Below, in pieces: positions 1 to 13,121 of a DNA stretch of 64,000 nucleotides; positions within the stretch are counted from its first letter, which is position 1, and the number at the start of each line of letters is the position of its first letter. Location: NCBI GenBank assembly GCA_964016885.1, contig OZ024741.1, positions 122,574,001-122,638,000 on the forward strand, written 5' to 3'. A model generated the notes under the pieces. The model was not told where the DNA came from and made no database searches. It worked only from the letters and a program-made list of their open reading frames with translations. This stretch comes from Eledone cirrhosa (lineage: Eukaryota). The translations under genes were made by a program, and so were the position numbers.

Positions 1-1110
1 TGACAAGGCTGGCGTATGAGGGGGCTACTTTCGTGCCCATGGCAGTCCCAGATTTCTGTCTGTAGCATTTGGCATCGAATTCGAAGAAGTTGTTTTCCAA
101 GATGAATTTGAGTCTCTCCAACACAAATTCTTTAGGGATGCGCTGTGGGAGTTCACTAGGGAAATTTTCAAGCCAGAATTGTATTGCCTCTATACCTAAG
201 TTGTGTGGGATATTGCAATATAAATTGATGACATCAAAGGTTACTAGTAGGGTATGTTCATTATTGAGTGTTGTTGGGAGGTGGTTGAGCATGTCAAGGT
301 CGTCCCTTATGAAGCTTTTTATGTCTTTTAGGAAAGGTTTAAGCAGAATACCTAGGAAGTTGCTTAGGCGCTGGGTTTCACATGTATTGTCTGCTATTAT
401 GGGTCTTAATTTAAGGTCATCAGGAGGGGCTATATTGATGTAAACGTCTGTGGCTTGCTTGCAGGCCCTACATATTACTTCGCTTTTGTGTGTCTTTTGG
501 GATACCGTAGAAGAGGCTGGTTCTGCTTTTGAAATTGGTGATGTAGTTGTATTCTTTGTCTGTAAGGCCTTCTTTGTAAAGCGTTGTTAGAGATTTTAGG
601 TTTCTCATTATTTTCTGTTGTGTGTAGTGTTGGGCCTTTTCATAATATGTTTGGTTTTCTAGAGTTGAGAGTACTAGAGTCGTGTAATAATATGTCTCCA
701 TAAGGACTACTGCACTCCCTTTATCTGCCTCTTTGATTATTAGGGTTTTGTCGTTTTTTAGACTGTTAAGACCATTCAATTCTATTTTGCTTAGGTTTGG
801 TTTTCGTTTATGTCTGTGTAGGTGGTCGTATGGGTAATTAGTAATGCGTTCGCAGAATTGATCGAGAAATTTGTTCTTGCCTTTTGGTGGGGTGTAGTTG
901 CTTCTATTTCTGGCTATGGAGTCATCCTCATTGTATTTGTTGTATAGTTGTTCGCTGAGTCTTAGTTTTCTACAGAATTCTGCAATATCTTCCTTCATAT
1001 CGGGGTAGTTTGGTTGTTGGGGAGTTGGTGTAAATTTTAGACCTTTGGAGAGTATGTTGATTTGGTCTGTTGTTAATTCTTTAGAGGTTAAATTAACAAT
1101 TTTTATTGCA
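1..1110 (-). pseudogene. PLE reverse transcriptase, N-terminal part, frameshifted near 490
   Basis: ORF 468..998 carries the DKG motif. After FYGIPK the RT motifs continue in another frame down to base 1. Confidence 0.85.
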
Positions 1111-2917
1111 TTTTGTGTCTCCTGTGTGTTTTGTGTTATCTTGTTATCCTGTGTCTGTGTGCTGTGTCTAAAAAATGATTAGGGAAGTTGTGATGGCTGA
1201 TGAAGTTTGGATGTCTCTTATAGTTGTATTGGTCCCTGTTGTTGTTGTTAGATGGTATGTAACTGTGGTGGTTGTTGAGTTTAGGTTGTATCGTGTGGTT
1301 GTATTGAGCCCTGCTGATGTTGTTGTAGGGTGTGTAGATTTGATGGACGTGGTTATAGGGTGTGAAGTTGTGGTGGTTGTTGAAGTTGGGTTGTATCGTA
1401 TGGGTGTACTGAGCACTGCTGTTGTTGTAGGGTGTGTAGACTTGGTGGTAGTTGTAGTAGGGTTGTCTTGTGTGGTTATATTGAGTCCTGCTGTTGCTGT
1501 TATATGGTGTGTAGCTATGGTGGTTGTAGTGGTTAGGGTGTCTCGTGTGGTTGTATTGTCCCCGGCTGGTGTTGTTGTAGTAGGATGTGGTTAGTGGGGG
1601 AGGGTAGATTAGGGTTTCCTTATAGCTGATGTGTGACATGTGTGGTAGTTGTGTATTTTGGGTTCTATGTTGGAAGTAATGATGGTTGTGCGTTTGTTGT
1701 GTGGGGATGTTAGGGGGCTTGTAATAGTAGGGGATTCTATGGTTTCTCCTGGTGGGAGAGAAGTTGTAGTGCCTATCTTGTAGCTGATGTTTCTCTATTA
1801 CTATATTTGTTGCTTGGGAATCCGTGTGGTAGTTGTGTGGAGGATGTAGGAGGTAGGGGCGAGGTGATGCCTTCTTTTGTTGGTATGTGGGGAGGTATTG
1901 CTTTTTTGTTGTTGTTGGTTGTTGTGTGGTGTTTGGGTGTTGATTGAGTTTTCTTGTTATTATGGTTTTAATGAAGGGGTTCTTGGATGTGTGTTCTTTT
2001 TGGAAAAGTGTTTCATAGTTAGAGAACCAGGTTTCGTTTATTTCCCAGCGTTGAAGGGGTTTTAATTCTTCCTTATTACAGTCCTCTAACCATCATTCTT
2101 AAATATTTTCTGGGGTGGTGTCTTTGGTTTTATTGATAATTGCTTGATTAATCTCATCGTCGATTGATTTGATCCTATCTTCATTTGCTTGGGCTCACAA
2201 TTTAAGAAGTTCAATTTCGGTTTTTATGTTATCAAGTGCCATTCTTTCCCTGAGGCGTCTTTGTGTCTCTGGTTCGTTTGGGATGGCGTTAATTTGTAGT
2301 TTGCGGGGGATGATTAATGGGGATGAGTTAATCCATTTTTCATAGATCTCCGCTTTGTTATTGTTTTGTATCATCTTCCAAAAGGAGAATTTCCTGTTTT
2401 TTAAGAGATGTGTACCATTGTGGTATTAATTTGTTTTTTATGGGTAAGGTGTAGGTGTATTAGTGTCATGTGTTTTTTCGTTCGCTTGAATAGGGTTTAT
2501 GTTGTTATTCAGGTGTGGTCTTATTATTTCACATAAGTTATTGATATTGTCGTTGATTTCATAGGATGTGTATTTGGGGATTGTTTCTTCACTTGTAGAG
2601 TTAAGTTTGTTGGTGAATATTGACAAATTAGAGTTAATTTTATGTAGTTCTTGGAGTATCTCTTGATTGATGTTGATGAGAGTGGAGTCTGTTTTCGTTT
2701 TAGTAGGCATTTTCTGTATCTCGTGTGGGAGTGAATAATAATAATAATAAAATGTGGAGAGGAAGCACACGAGTTAGGATATATATATATGAAAACAGGG
2801 AGAAAGAGACGGTTATAAGGGAGAAAAATATTTAAAATATAAGAATTAAGGTATTAGTTGATTTATTTATTAATTAACAATGGCATTTATTTAACTATTT
2901 ATATAATTAATAATTGT

Positions 2918-2959
2918 CTATTGCCGGTTTCAGCATTTTTATGCATTATCAAATGATAG
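2918..2959 (-). ncRNA. Degenerate variant hammerhead ribozyme (U3-A8 core)
   Basis: Minus strand reads ctatcat TTGATAA tgcat-aaaa-atgct GAAA CCGG CA atag. Stem I is weak and the cleavage triplet is mutated. Confidence 0.45.
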
Positions 2960-3037
2960 TGTAGTATGGTGGTGTCGCACATGTTAAAGAAATGGTGCAG
3001 AAAGAATAATGTTATTTACAAACAAGGTTTATGAAGT

Positions 3038-3296
3038 GTAAAGAAAAAAGAAAAAAGAAAAAAGAAAAAAGAAAAAAGAAAAAAGAAAAAAGAAAAAAGA
3101 AAAAAGAAAAAAGAAAAAAGAAAAAAAGAAAAAAGAAAAAAGAAAAAAGAAAAAAGAAAAAAGAAAAAAGAAAAAAGAAAAAAGAAAAAAGAAAAAAGAA
3201 AAAGGAAAAAAGAAAAAAGAAAAAAGAAAAAAGAAAAAAGAAAAAATAAAAAATAAAAAAGAAAAAAGAAAAAAGAAAAAAGAAAAAAGAAAAAAA
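3038..3296 (+). repeat. (GAAAAAA)n simple repeat
   Basis: A G recurs about every 7 nt in an A-run; this explains the K/F-rich spurious ORFs. Confidence 0.95.
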
Positions 3297-3541
3297 CGGT
3301 CGTAATGTAGAGCATAAAAAGTCAATGTGAAAGGAAAAATAATGTTATTTACAGGCATAGTTCTTGAAGTTAAGCAGATCAAAATGTGTTAATATAGCAA
3401 GGGTGCTTAGTTGATACATGATTCCATGATGGAGGCAAATGGTGGACTGAGGTTTGATATGATTTCCCTTTTTAGAGAGTTAATAAGCAGGGGGTGGAAA
3501 TTCAGGCTGGATGATATTTAATTTATTTAAGAAAAAGGATT

Positions 3542-3629
<88 letters not shown>

Positions 3630-3771
3630 ATTAAAATACTGGAGCGTGTTGGAGTTAAACACCCTCTTCGTATTATAGAAATGACAGTAAAAGGTATAGC
3701 TCAATGTAATTAAACAGAGCCGAAGAATTATGAAAATAAAACAAAGAAGCCTTCAATACATCAAAAGTCTT

Positions 3772-3820
3772 TATTAGCCAACAATGTTTCGTCCTATTAA
3801 GGACTCATCAGGGCAATCAA
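3772..3820 (-). ncRNA. Minimal type I hammerhead ribozyme
   Basis: Minus strand reads gattgcc CTGATGA gtcct-taat-aggac GAAA catt GTT ggctaat: canonical core, 5-bp stem II, near-palindromic stem III. Confidence 0.85.
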
Positions 3821-3967
3821 AACCACAAGAAGCACTATCGGCCAATGCAAGCCGAAAACTCCGAATAATATGGAGTGTACATACATATATATATATATTT
3901 GAAAGTGAGGTTTTTTTTACAAAATGAAAAAAAAGAATGAGGTGTCCTACATGAGTGAAAGTTTAAG

Positions 3968-4214
3968 GAAAAAAGATGAAATCGAAAGTGCAACTGGAGT
4001 CTTTTTTTTTTTTAATATATTTATTTCGTTCCTTTACCGGTTTCGCAGTTCTTGTGCTTTTCAAAAGTAGAATTGAGATGGAGAGTAAAACTACAAACCT
4101 TCCATCTCAATTCTACTTTTGAAAAGCACAAGAACTGCGAAACGGGTAAAGGAACCGAATAAATATATTTAAAAAAAAAGACTCCAGTTGCATTTTAGAC
4201 TTCATCTTTTTTCC
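3968..4214. repeat. ~115-bp inverted repeat carrying variant hammerheads on both strands (4032-4067 minus, 4116-4151 plus)
   Basis: Arms 3968-4082 and 4101-4214. Motif ctt TTGAAAA gca-caagaac-tgc GAAA CCGG TA aag (the plus copy has CGGG). Confidence 0.75.
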
Positions 4215-4283
<69 letters not shown>

Positions 4284-4340
4284 GATGAGATTCTACAGGA
4301 CTAGAATTGTCTCATTCTTTAGAAATCATCAGGAATCTCA

Positions 4341-4393
4341 GAGATTCCTGATGATTTCTAAAGAATGAAACAGTTCTAGTCCTGTAGAATCTC
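4341..4393 (+). ncRNA. Type I hammerhead ribozyme, right arm of palindrome 4280-4400
   Basis: gagattc CTGATGA tttc-taaa-gaat GAAA cag-ttctagtc-ctg TA gaatctc: 7-bp stem I, 4-bp stem III, GUA site. The mirror copy at 4287-4339 has GAGA instead of GAAA. Confidence 0.9.
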
Positions 4394-4504
4394 ATCTATA
4401 TTAAAACTTTTATACTCTACAATGTATTGAGTACCTTACTTACTGTGGTTACCTCTGTTTCAACCCGGAATAACGTATATATATATATATATAAATATAT
4501 ATAC

Positions 4505-5229
<725 letters not shown>

Positions 5230-5435
5230 CATACATATATAGGCATATAAATAATTTTTGTATCTAACCATCATTTCATCCTCAATTAATATATACATAT
5301 ATTGTGTTCGTCTTACAATAATTAGATAAGCTAGATTATATATTGTCTTATAAATAATGCAGTATTAAAATGTTAGCAAAGTATCGTACAAATTAATTCA
5401 CAAATATACTGTTCCATCATGTTTATCTATCTATC

Positions 5436-7419
5436 TTCGATAGGGTCGACCATGGTTACCTGGATGCGATGCTAGCGGCGGCAGGCTTCGGACCCGTTTT
5501 CAGGGGCTGGATCACTGCTATGCACAGCAGCCGCATCTGCTCTAGGGTCAAGGTGAACGGCTACCTCTCGGAGCCGTTCAAAATCGCGCGGTCCATCCGA
5601 CAAGGGTGCCCTCTCTCCTCCATTCTGTATGTGTTGACTCTCGAGCCACTACTGCGGAAGTTGGAGTTGTTGCAGGGCATCCCTTTGGAACCGGGATTGC
5701 GGAAAGCGGTGTCGGCCTACGCCGATGACGTGACAGTAATGGTGTCGACGGCCTCCGAAATCGAGGCGGTCGGCACCTTAATGGAGGAGTACGAAAAGTT
5801 CACAGGGGCTAAGCTGAACCGGGACAAGTCGATCGGTTTGCAACTCGGCACGTGGAGGGGAAGACCGATGCCCTCCGATGGCGTCGTCGGACGCTGGGCG
5901 GAGGGCCCGGTGAAGTTGCTCGGGGTCTGATTCGGACCGGACCTCCAGGTGGAGAAAAACTGGGCGGAGGTTACGAACAGGGTGTTTCCACTGACCCAGA
6001 AGTGGGCCAGTTGCAAACTATCCCTGAAAGGTCGGGCGGAGGTGGCGAACACCTACATAGCGTCCGTCATCTACTACCGCCTGACCGTAGTGCCCTGCCC
6101 AAGGGAAACCCTCACCAAGATGGAGCGCGCGCTCTTCCAATTCCTTTGGAAGAGGCGGGCTCCTATGGTGAGGAGATCCATCTGCTGTCAACACCCTTCG
6201 AAAGGAGGGCTGGGGATGCCGTGGCTAATGATGCGTAAACACGCATTAAGGCTACGGCACCTCTACGTATTCCTCACCGGACAACCGGCGTGGGCCTCGT
6301 TTGTGAGACGAACCTTTCCCAGACTCGTCTCACTCACCGAGCTGCAATCCTGGGTCAAGCAAAGACCGAGAAAACTGGGCGCCTGGCACACTGAGTGTGC
6401 CCAGGCGCTCACCGCCCTCTGGCAGGCGGATCCGGTTATCAGTGGAGACTCCACCGCAACATTCTATAGAGAGCTGGTACGCAGCAGGTGCGACGACGCC
6501 CTCGGAGAAGCCCTAGACATGGAGGAGGACGAACTGGCCAGCCTGTTCGGTAGGACATTCAGCCCGGGACCTATGGACAACTTCCAGAAGTCCCTGGCCT
6601 GGCAGTGCTACCGAGGAGCTTTACCCGTTCGAGAAAGGCTCTACAGACACGGGCGCCCGGGTAGGGACCCCGCCAAAAAGATCTGTCCCAGATGCGTGTG
6701 CGACGAGGAAACCGTTGCACACGCATTGGTACACTGCTCGGGCGTAGCCGATCTGTGGGGCTATGTCGAACAACTGCTGTCAAGGGTGGGACCGATCCGG
6801 TTGACCACCGAGTCTATTGTAATGATCAAGCCGCCTCCCCCCTTCAAAGATGAAGCAGAGGCGGTGTTTCTGTGCGTAATAGCCATGGCGAAAGAGGTTG
6901 TATGGTGGACGCGTCTGAAAGGACTGAGGTCAGGCACCTTTCTCTCTGGCCAACAACTGGTCCGTTTCTTCCGATATCATTTCGGAAGAAGGATCAGGAT
7001 GGAGAGAGAGGTGCTGCACCCCAGTCGTTTTTATGAAAGGTGGGTGAAAGTGGCGAGAATGGCCCGTGTGAATGGGCCTTCTCTTTACATAAGCCTGTAG
7101 GTGGAAAAGAGGAAGGAACGAGGGAGCACCCCCTCTCTGTGCTCCCGAGGAAAAGGGTTGCACACTTTTTTCGGGGGTGTGTGCGACCCCCCAAGGCGCC
7201 TCCTCTCTATTGAGGATTTTGTTATAAATTTTATTTTTTGTTATATTTTATAACAAAATCCTCTATTGAGGATTTTGTTATAATTCTATTTTTTGTTATA
7301 TTTTATTTTATTTTTATATATTGTTATTGCCTCCTCCCTATTGAGGACGCCTTGTTTTGTAAACTCCCCCCATTGTACTTGTCCCACTTTTGATGCCCTT
7401 GTGGCAAATAAAAGAAACA

Positions 7420-7420
<1 letters not shown>
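5436..7420 (+). mobile_element. 5'-truncated Tx1/L1-type LINE inserted in an (ATCT)n tract
   Basis: RT motifs IRQGCPLS and AYADD, C-terminal CPRC...ETVAHALVHC. One in-frame TGA at 5928-5930 separates ORFs 5469..5930 and 5949..7100. The 3' UTR ends cccttgtggcaaataaaagaaac and is followed by (ATCT)n; tatctatctatct lies at the 5' junction. Confidence 0.92.
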
Positions 7421-7483
<63 letters not shown>

Positions 7484-7849
7484 CATCTATCAATTAGTAT
7501 GTTTGATGTCTGCCTCTCTGACTCTCTATATATCTATTATCTATTTTTTCTGGTAGAATTTATCAAATGTCAGTAGTTGCTAGATTGTACGATATTTATA
7601 GTCAATAGTAGTGGATAATGTAACGGTCAAAAGTTGTAGTTGATATTGTAAAGGTTGCAGATAAGTCGGTGAGGAAATTAGGTAACATCATGAAAAAAAT
7701 CCTTTCTGCTTAAGTTAATATAAATAAATAACTGATAGATAATCGAAACATTAAAATTAAACATTCGAAGTATTACGTATAATAATTTTTTTTTTAAATG
7801 AGACATGTTGCAAATATATATTTACGAGGTATCAATACATAAAGAATAT

Positions 7850-8135
7850 AGGACCACCATCCGCATGGAGTTGGCTAACCGTAGATGTGAGCCTTGCGAG
7901 CTGGAATGCCTCTTCCATTGCGTTTCCTTCACCATCATCCAGGGAAACACCTTCTATATTCTGTCCACTGTGGCTGCGCCGCGGCCAACGAGTGGGCCCC
8001 ATTTGCTCATAATAGTGAGAGATGGGAAGAGCGGAAGAGACGGAGGTAGAGACAGTTGGAGTTTGGTTCCACTGTGTTCAGACCTGGTGTATATTTATAT
8101 ATTTATTTACCACACCACATTAATAAATAAAAAGT
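7850..8135 (+). mobile_element. Possible CRE-like non-LTR 3' fragment
   Basis: Translation ELECLFHCVSFTIIQGN resembles the CRE C-terminal LFQRLSxAIxRGN motif; ends in AATAAA and an A-rich run. Confidence 0.4.
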
Positions 8136-8700
8136 TGTTAGGAGGAAGACATTTCAAATCTTAAGTAGCAAATATTCTAAGAAATAATAAAATTGCTATA
8201 AAAAAAAAACGATATAGGGAGTAATCACATTTGCAGGTGGAGAAATTAATAGGGGAAATAAGGAAGACCAAGAATTAGAATAAAAAGAGAAAGAAGAAAA
8301 TAGAAGGTAAATCTGATGCATATTAAGATCGTCTGAATACAGTTATTTCTGCAGTTATTCAGGTGAAACTGGTGCAACCAAATAATACATTCTCTAAGTG
8401 TTTGCACGTCGCGAATTCAATAATATATGGTGTTTATTTAGAGCTTCACTTGTGCATGCGTTTGTGAATTTTTTTCTCTCAGCTGCACAATGATTACAAC
8501 TTTTGCTAATATATTCGCAGTATTGGCAGAGCGACGGACAACATGCTTTGGAAGAGGGATTATACAATCTGAAAAATATTTAACAGAATTTGTACCGGGT
8601 GTTTACATTAGTATACAGTTTACATTAGTATAGAGTTAAGATTGTTCGATAATTCTCCATTTAATGATAATGAATGGATTTAAAAAAATTCAGTTACAGA

Positions 8701-9330
8701 TTTCTTCTTCTTCTTCTTCTTCTTCTTCTTCTTCTTCTTCTTCTTCTTCTTCTTCTTCTTCTTCTTCTTCTTCTTCTTCTTCTTCTTCTTCTTCTTCTTC
8801 TTCTTCTTCTTCTTCTTCTTCTTCTTCCATGAGAGGGTTGTTGTGGTGGCAGAGTCCTCAGACACTCCTAGCGGGTCCTATACGAAGCAATTGCCTTCAA
8901 TTCATCCGGCTCTATCACCAAGCGTGATCAGCCGTGCTCACGGATGTTATCCAACCATCTTGCTCGGGGTCTATCCCTGAGACTCCTGCCGTTTGGTTGT
9001 ACCCTTAAAATCTGTTCAGCAATTCTTTCTTGAGATATTTTAACCATATGCACGTAATATCGGAGATGTGATATCTCGATTCAGAGAAGTAGCGGCTCTA
9101 ATTGCAGTGATTCTCTGGACTACGCACTGTATCAAGTAAGAAGAACCCCATTTCGGCGGCTTGATTTCGTGATGGTATTCTTTCGCTCTTTATCCAAGAA
9201 TAATGACCATAGGTAAAGGTTGCAATGAATACCGAATTGATGATAACGAGTTTAGCTTTTACACCTGGCTCGTTTCTGATTACTGAAAGTTAAAGTTGCT
9301 ACATTACTGCACCAACCCCTGCAAATCAAC
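8701..9330 (-). mobile_element. RTE-type LINE 3' fragment with long (GAA)n tail (8701-8828)
   Basis: Reverse complement aligns by eye with 37780-38260 (PLLLxIExSxLRYYxHxVxMS; gaggactctgcc in the 3' end). The (TTC)n tract is its tail. Confidence 0.75.
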
Positions 9331-9934
9331 TTCGCTAATGAGATTGTTTGGAGTTTTCCACTTACTATGTCTCAATCTGAGACGCAATTGTATTCTGTAG
9401 TTAAATAATGCTAATTAATTCATATTGCATGTTTGTCTTCCTTGTCTCTTTTAATTAAACTTAGTTAGTCACACAATGACTTTGCTGGTGAATAAGGCTT
9501 TAATTTTTTTCATGTATAAACTTGTTGACTTAAGCTATCAAGTATGCCTACGCTGGACCAAGGATATTTCTAACATTTTAATCAATATCTGAAACCCCGT
9601 ACATTCCAACCAGCATGATTCATTCTTTAAATGTCGATGAGAGAAATGGTGTGAGGGGAAAATCGATAAACAAGTGAAATTACTTCTCAAACAATGATTT
9701 GCTACCACCACAAGCACTGTAGCCAATTCTACTACCCCCCACCCAACAACATCAATAACAACACAGCAACAACAACACAAGGACCACACACATCTTCTTG
9801 CTATTGTAAGAGTGCCAACGATGTTTATCAATATTTCTGGAAATCAATTCAGTAGAATTATTAATATGGGGATAATGATTTTTCGATCCAGAGCCAGAGA
9901 CGTGCAATGTACTACTACTACTACAACAACAACA

Positions 9935-9998
<64 letters not shown>

Positions 9999-10090
9999 TA
10001 TATCAAATCAAGGTTTCTGCAAAACTGTGCATATAACGATCGATTAAGTAGCCATTTATCATACCTATATGATTTCAAGTAGATATATTT

Positions 10091-10144
<54 letters not shown>

Positions 10145-10689
10145 AAAAACATGGGGAGAAGAATACTGCATGGTTGCACATGGATTACATATTATAAAAT
10201 TAGTCCCTCATCAGTGATTTGCCAACGATCATTGGTATTTCATCGCATTAAAAATCATATACCTCAGGTTGGTGCGAGCAATAACTAAAATAAGCTATTG
10301 CGACAAGTGAAACGCGTAAAGCGGGTGAGACAAGTAAACAACATAGAAGGAAGAGCTAACCGAAGATGGGAAGAAAAACAAGCAACATGGTTATCCGATC
10401 AGCATAAGCTGGGTGAATTTCATGAGCGCTCAGCAAACAGACCTTTCGCTGTGAATGGGATGTGAGAAAGAAGGAATCCCACTCCTAGCGAACGAGGGGA
10501 AGTGAGAAGGGGAGAAACAGAGAGTGAGTGAGTGGAAGTGCGATTTGACCAATGGGAGGGAGGTGAATTCTACTGATACTTGAATTCGTACATTCTAAAT
10601 CACATGCAACCGGTGCTTTGAGAAAACAACACCAAACTTCAGTACTGCGCATACCAAAATTCGAAATAACAGACGTAACCTTCATTCCA

Positions 10690-10973
10690 TTGTTATATTT
10701 TACTGCTTTTTTTGTTCAAATTCTAGCTGTCTGATGAGGTTATAGCTGTTGCATAATGGTAATCACCGAAATATATGTAAAAACGAAGTTAATTTTAACC
10801 TGTTGACTTACATTTCTTGTTTATAAATATACTCCGGAGTAAACAGACACACATGCGCACTTCGGCGAGTGTTCTACCCCGCATACTGAAGTGTCGGTAA
10901 TTAACCAACACATACTGGAATTAATTAATTATATATATTATATATATATATTTTATATATATATATATATGTG

Positions 10974-11068
<95 letters not shown>

Positions 11069-11355
11069 TATATATGAAATATATATATATAATATATATA
11101 ATTAATTAATTCCAGTATGTGTTGGTTAATTACCGACACTTCGGTATGCGGGGTAGAACACTCGCCGAAGTGCGCATGTGTGTCTGTTTACTCCGGAGTA
11201 TATTTATAAACAAGAAATGTAAGTCAACAGGTTAAAATTAACTTCGTTTATACATATTCGCTATTACATATATTTCGGTGATTACCATTATGCAACAGCT
11301 ATAACCTCATCAGACAGCTAGAATTTGAACAAAAAAAGCAGGAAAACATAACAAG
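10690..11355. repeat. ~250-bp tail-to-tail inverted repeat around a (TA)n tract, with a hammerhead in each arm
   Basis: 10690-10945 is the reverse complement of 11085-11355. Confidence 0.9.
11260..11318 (-). ncRNA. Type I hammerhead ribozyme
   Basis: gctgt CTGATGA ggt...acc GAA ATATATGT A atagc. The plus-strand copy at 10726-10779 lacks the 3' strand of stem I. Confidence 0.82.
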
Positions 11356-11393
11356 GGTATGTCAATATTTATTTATAAAACTGCTCTATATTA

Positions 11394-11458
11394 TATTTTA
11401 TCTGATGAAAGCACACCATAATTTAACTTGGTGTCCTTGAAATATGTATAATGAAATA
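11394..11458 (+). ncRNA. Type I hammerhead ribozyme
   Basis: tattttat CTGATGA aag-c-acacca...tggtgt-c-ctt GAA ATATGTAT A atgaaata. Homologue at 58712. Confidence 0.8.
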
Positions 11459-11529
11459 AATATGGTTTTATAAATATAGTTTCCATTTGTTAATATATCG
11501 TATATATATATATAGAGAGAGAGAGAGAA

Positions 11530-12376
11530 TTTAGTATATCTACTAACATATGCGTACAGATGTACGCTAATGCTAGCAAATACATAAGTTATGTCATAGT
11601 ACCTAGGTGGTTCAATGCAGGAGGATGCAGAACAATAATATGAAGGACGTAAAATAAGAAAATTTAAAAAAAAGATTTAAAAAATTAACTTACTTACTAA
11701 AATTTCACTCCAACTAATTAGTTTCTGCAATGGGATAAAGACAGTTACGTAATATAACCGTCGAGAATTCATTGCGTCATCAGCGAGTCTATTCTCAGCT
11801 AAGTCTCCAGGCAATGCGCGGACACTGGGGACTCATATAAAAATAATAATAATTCGGTAGATGGAACAGCTAGCTAGGTACTATGACATAACTTATGTAT
11901 TTGCTAGCATTAGCGTACATCTGTACGCATATGTTAGTAGATATACTAAATTCTTTATATTTATCTCCAAATTATTTATTTGTTGAGCAAACCTGCGAAA
12001 ACCACTACTAATTCATTGGTGTGGTAGTAGGCTTCTGTCATCTTACCATCCCACTCCTTCCGACTAGCCTCAGTGTCACGTGATTGATTCTTTAGAATCA
12101 GCCATTTGACCAGAGACAGCGAGCTTTTCAGTGCATGGAATCCAGTCCCCGCTAGCTGTTCCATCTACCGAATTATTATTATTTTTATATGAGTCCCCAG
12201 TGTCCGCGCATTGCCTGGAGACTTAGCTGAGAATAGACTCCCGATGACGCAATGAATTCTCGACGGTTATATTACGCAACTGTCTTTATCCCATTGCAGA
12301 AACTAATTAGTTGGAGTGAAAATTTTAGTAAGTTAATTTTTTAAATCTTTTTTTAAAATTTTCTTATTTTACGTCC

Positions 12377-12383
<7 letters not shown>
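11530..12383. mobile_element. Rearranged (inverted) copies of the 525-bp hammerhead element; ribozymes at 11707-11789 (-) and 12236-12317 (+, core CCGATGA)
   Basis: Homologous to 4595-5165. 11640-11874 is mirrored at 12151-12383 and 11530-11606 at 11875-11953. Confidence 0.8.
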
Positions 12384-12475
<92 letters not shown>

Positions 12476-12860
12476 CCTCTACATGACAAGAAGCGTTTCA
12501 TTCGTATGAAATAGCTATAGTCCTGTAGACCGTCTTTATATATAATAAAGATACCTCTACACTACCAGTGTATTGAGTACCTTTCTACACAACACTCGGG
12601 AACCTACATATATAAGTAGAAGGGATATTTAATTTGTTGGAAATACAACAAATATTTATAACTGAGTCAGAGCACTCTGAAACTGTACGGTTAGGAGCAT
12701 TCTTTTTGTTTCAATGCTAAGCCGTTCATCCATTGTTTGACGTATAGTGACCACTCTGACTACAGATTCGTATTTATAATATGTAACTTTTGTAAATTCA
12801 TTGAGTGAGTGGGTTGCTGTGAAGCTAAACGAAATCTAAACGTCTGGCTCCTTATAATTG

Positions 12861-12944
<84 letters not shown>

Positions 12945-13035
12945 TAAATATGACTTAGAACTAAAAACGATGCTTTTGAGGAATCACGAAGGGGAGTAAT
13001 ACAAATTAGAGAGAGATAGATAGAGAGAGAGAGAG

Positions 13036-13121
<86 letters not shown>

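Larger units (their letters stand above)
1..3545 (-). mobile_element. Penelope-like retroelement (DKG-type, Neptune/Penelope-like), degenerate, continues off the left edge of the window
   Basis: Minus strand encodes IKEADKGSAVV, FYGIPK, LRPII, LVTFDVINLYCNIP and GTAMGTKVAPSYA (PLE RT motifs). N-terminal ORF remnants lie at about 2050-2710, and a hammerhead-like motif at 2918-2959 lies upstream in sense orientation. Bounded by (TA)n at 3546; the right boundary is approximate. Confidence 0.85.

Noticed and set aside
10180-10222. CTGATGA on the minus strand in a TA-flanked block
   Set aside because: No downstream GAAA or closing helix; at most a deleted remnant.
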